Positions 59,801-60,274 of a stretch of DNA of 60,274 bases are shown here, piece by piece. Source of the DNA: Bacteroidales bacterium. Its GTDB lineage: Bacteria; Bacteroidota; Bacteroidia; Bacteroidales; GWA2-32-17. The translations under genes were made by a program, and so were the position numbers. Under the pieces are notes generated by a model that searched no databases, was not told the origin of the DNA, and saw only the letters and a program-made list of their open reading frames with translations. Within the stretch, counting starts at the first letter, position 1. The number at the start of each line of letters is the position of its first letter. Location: assembly GCA_026417155.1 (NCBI GenBank), contig JAOADU010000035.1, forward strand, positions 1-60,274, in the 5' to 3' direction.

Positions 59801-60274
59801 AACCTGTTCCAGTACAACTTCGGTAAATGTTACAGTAAATCAAACTCCCGTCGTTACTGTTAGTAGTAATAGTCCATTGTGTACAGGAAATACACTACAA
59901 TTATCGGCATCTGCCAGTGGTAACAATACTTATCAATGGTCGGGACCGAATGGCTTTATAAGCAATCAGCAAAATCCTACCATACCAAATGCTCAATCGA
60001 ATCATCAGGGAACATATTATGTTACTGTAACAGCTTCTAATGGGTGTTCGGCTACTGCAAATATTCAAGTGCTAATTAATACTTCATTCAATTCTACGAT
60101 AAATCCTGTTGCATCTCAATGCTCTAATGGAGCACCAATTACATTAACAGCAGCAACTCCCGGTGGTACGTGGAGTGGTAATGGTATTACCAATCCAACA
60201 GCAGGAATTTTTAATCCCTCTGTCGCAGGTCCTGGGACTCATACCATAACATATACCATTTCAGGTAATTGTGG
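56859..60274 (+). CDS. Giant secreted modular surface protein (adhesin-like), 3' end outside window
   Basis: ATG 56859 gives MKKYIWLLAFASIIRPNLYAQ. I translated the frame by hand to about 59130 without a stop, and it continues with recognisable repeats to 60274. It is absent from the ORF track because it has no stop. At least 1138 aa are in the window. Confidence 0.85.
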   Translation, partial: MKKYIWLLAFASIIRPNLYAQGDNCSNATTISVTSSCTNPVSGTTAGATQSFAGCVGTADDDVWYKFTATATSHIITVSGSSNFDAVVELFSGTCGSLTSLYCKDNTLAGQSETIYATGLTSGTTYYIRVYHYYSGTGSSTFTICVTTPPSPPSNDNCANASTLLVSTTCNYTNGTSYGATASSVPSCAGSPDDDVWYKFTATNSVQTITVDPSSSMDPVVELFSGTCTSLNSLYCQDMGFTDGNEVINAVGLIPGQTYYIRVYDYYNSNGGAPFQICVTGSTSSNPINDECANAIELPEVTSECNYYYFTTTNATTSSQPAPSNCENFDGSPNSGGFQAGTKDVWFKIKVPSTGVISIRPRPSYGINDAAMALYSGTCGSLTQIACSDDHNYPGTANDMKPYIKATGLTPGSYVYLRYWAFGTGSGDFAICVESPTNDACSSSLYICDINGYSGSTSEAYTIDRPCNMRGNAEMNNPPTYTYTPGTCQGGIFGAGGSWGQGAPNCDVRIDNNSWIKFTASNTSVTLNVQISNCWVGNYPSGGIQMQIFSATNCCNFQPVSDFKEGSSALTITANNLTIGQDYYLMIDGFAGDICDYSITANTGVQFTSITATSSSICLGQSVTLTAPSGATSYSWQPGGQTTQSIVVSPATTMTYTCEVTGVCGNKQTLQKTIVVNPLPNITVSNNGPICQGATLNLTASGGATYQWTGPNGFTSNQQNPSISNATTSNSGPYNVTVTTSAGCTGTSNTTVTVNPAPSSPTVSASQNTICLGQSTTINASGTGASSFQVYNQPTGGTLLGVTPLQVSPTSTTTYYVQAVSAQGCTNMGGRVPITITVNPVPAATASSNSGLCAGQTLQLNASGGTSYQWSGPNGFSSTQQNPSITNVNSNNAGTYTVTVYNSYGCSATATTNVAVNNTPNATASSNSAICSGQTLNLFANGGATYQWSGPNGFNSTQQNPVIPNASVNAAGTYYVTVSNGTCSSTTSVNVTVNQTPVVTVSSNSPLCTGNTLQLSASASGNNTYQWSGPNGFISNQQNPTIPNAQSNHQGTYYVTVTASNGCSATANIQVLINTSFNSTINPVASQCSNGAPITLTAATPGGTWSGNGITNPTAGIFNPSVAGPGTHTITYTISGNC
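56922..58160 (+). repeat. Three ~130-150-aa Cys-rich modules (56922-57320, 57321-57713, 57714-58160)
   Basis: Each module has NDxC.NA...C...G...C.G..DDDVWYKFTA......V....D.V.ELFSGTC.SL..L.C.D......GL..G.TYYIRVY......F.ICV with 6 Cys. The D.DVWY.F pattern is reminiscent of pre-peptidase C-terminal (PPC)-type beta-sandwich domains. Confidence 0.75.
58681..60274 (+). repeat. At least 7 tandem ~78-aa Ig-like repeats
   Basis: Units have the form ..IC.GQTL.L.ASGG..YQWSGPNGF.S.QQNP.I.N.....G.Y.VTV....GC......V.VN. The YQW(S/T)GPNGF core recurs near 58975, 59459, 59694 and 59931. Confidence 0.8.

Noticed and set aside
58681-60274. Regularly spaced ~235-nt DNA repeats, considered as a possible CRISPR or satellite array
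   Set aside because: The period is far too long for CRISPR. The repeats are in frame, encode Ig-like domains, and the 'spacers' are homologous too.
1-60274. Search for tRNA, rRNA, tmRNA, RNase P, integrase, transposase, restriction-modification, toxin-antitoxin or CRISPR-Cas signatures
   Set aside because: No T-loop-like GGTTCGAAT context sits in a non-coding gap. There is no gap longer than 317 bp, and no ORF has recombinase, nuclease-defence or Cas-like motifs that I can recognise. A formal tRNAscan/Infernal/DefenseFinder run would be needed to exclude them.

Overview
This is a 60.3-kb, AT-rich (roughly one-third G+C by eye) and very gene-dense window. It holds about 55 protein genes. I recognise no rRNA, tRNA, CRISPR array, transposase, integrase or phage gene. 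It reads as core chromosome of an anaerobic member of Bacteroidota. Supporting this: TTTG/TAnnTTTG-type promoter boxes, many lipoprotein and signal-peptide genes, a T9SS C-terminal sorting domain, Rho with a long N-terminal insertion, and Rnf (rnfG-E-A) plus pyruvate:ferredoxin oxidoreductase. Confidently recognised housekeeping genes are ddl, pheT, aspS, serS, rnhB, dnaJ, grpE, obg, adk, hpt, thyA, rplU, rpmA, rlmB, radA, panD, panC, rho and nifJ/por. Several ORF-track starts are TTG/GTG-extended artefacts, and I moved them to downstream ATGs. I did not find a convincing defence, mobile or biosynthetic island. The parts not explained by textbook functions are all cell-envelope related. (1) A translationally coupled 719-aa lipoprotein plus 412-aa beta-barrel pair lies beside pheT. 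(2) An 11-gene minus-strand block (41.3-50.8 kb) carries the two halves of HldE/RfaE as separate genes. These flank radA, rlmB, a GWxTD protein and two paralogous small lipoproteins, and the block also holds a flippase-like protein, panCD and an O-antigen-ligase-like gene. (3) A giant secreted modular protein runs off the 3' end, with three Cys-rich modules, one distinct module and at least 7 Ig-like repeats, preceded by a small secreted protein. (4) A secreted protein carries about 22 MORN/YwqK-type repeat units. (5) A PLP enzyme sits next to an unassignable 230-aa Cys-rich protein. Genome compaction is striking: all nine convergent gene junctions leave 11 nt or less, five overlap, and three share a TTAA double stop. 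All functional calls come from motif recognition by eye; no database search was possible.
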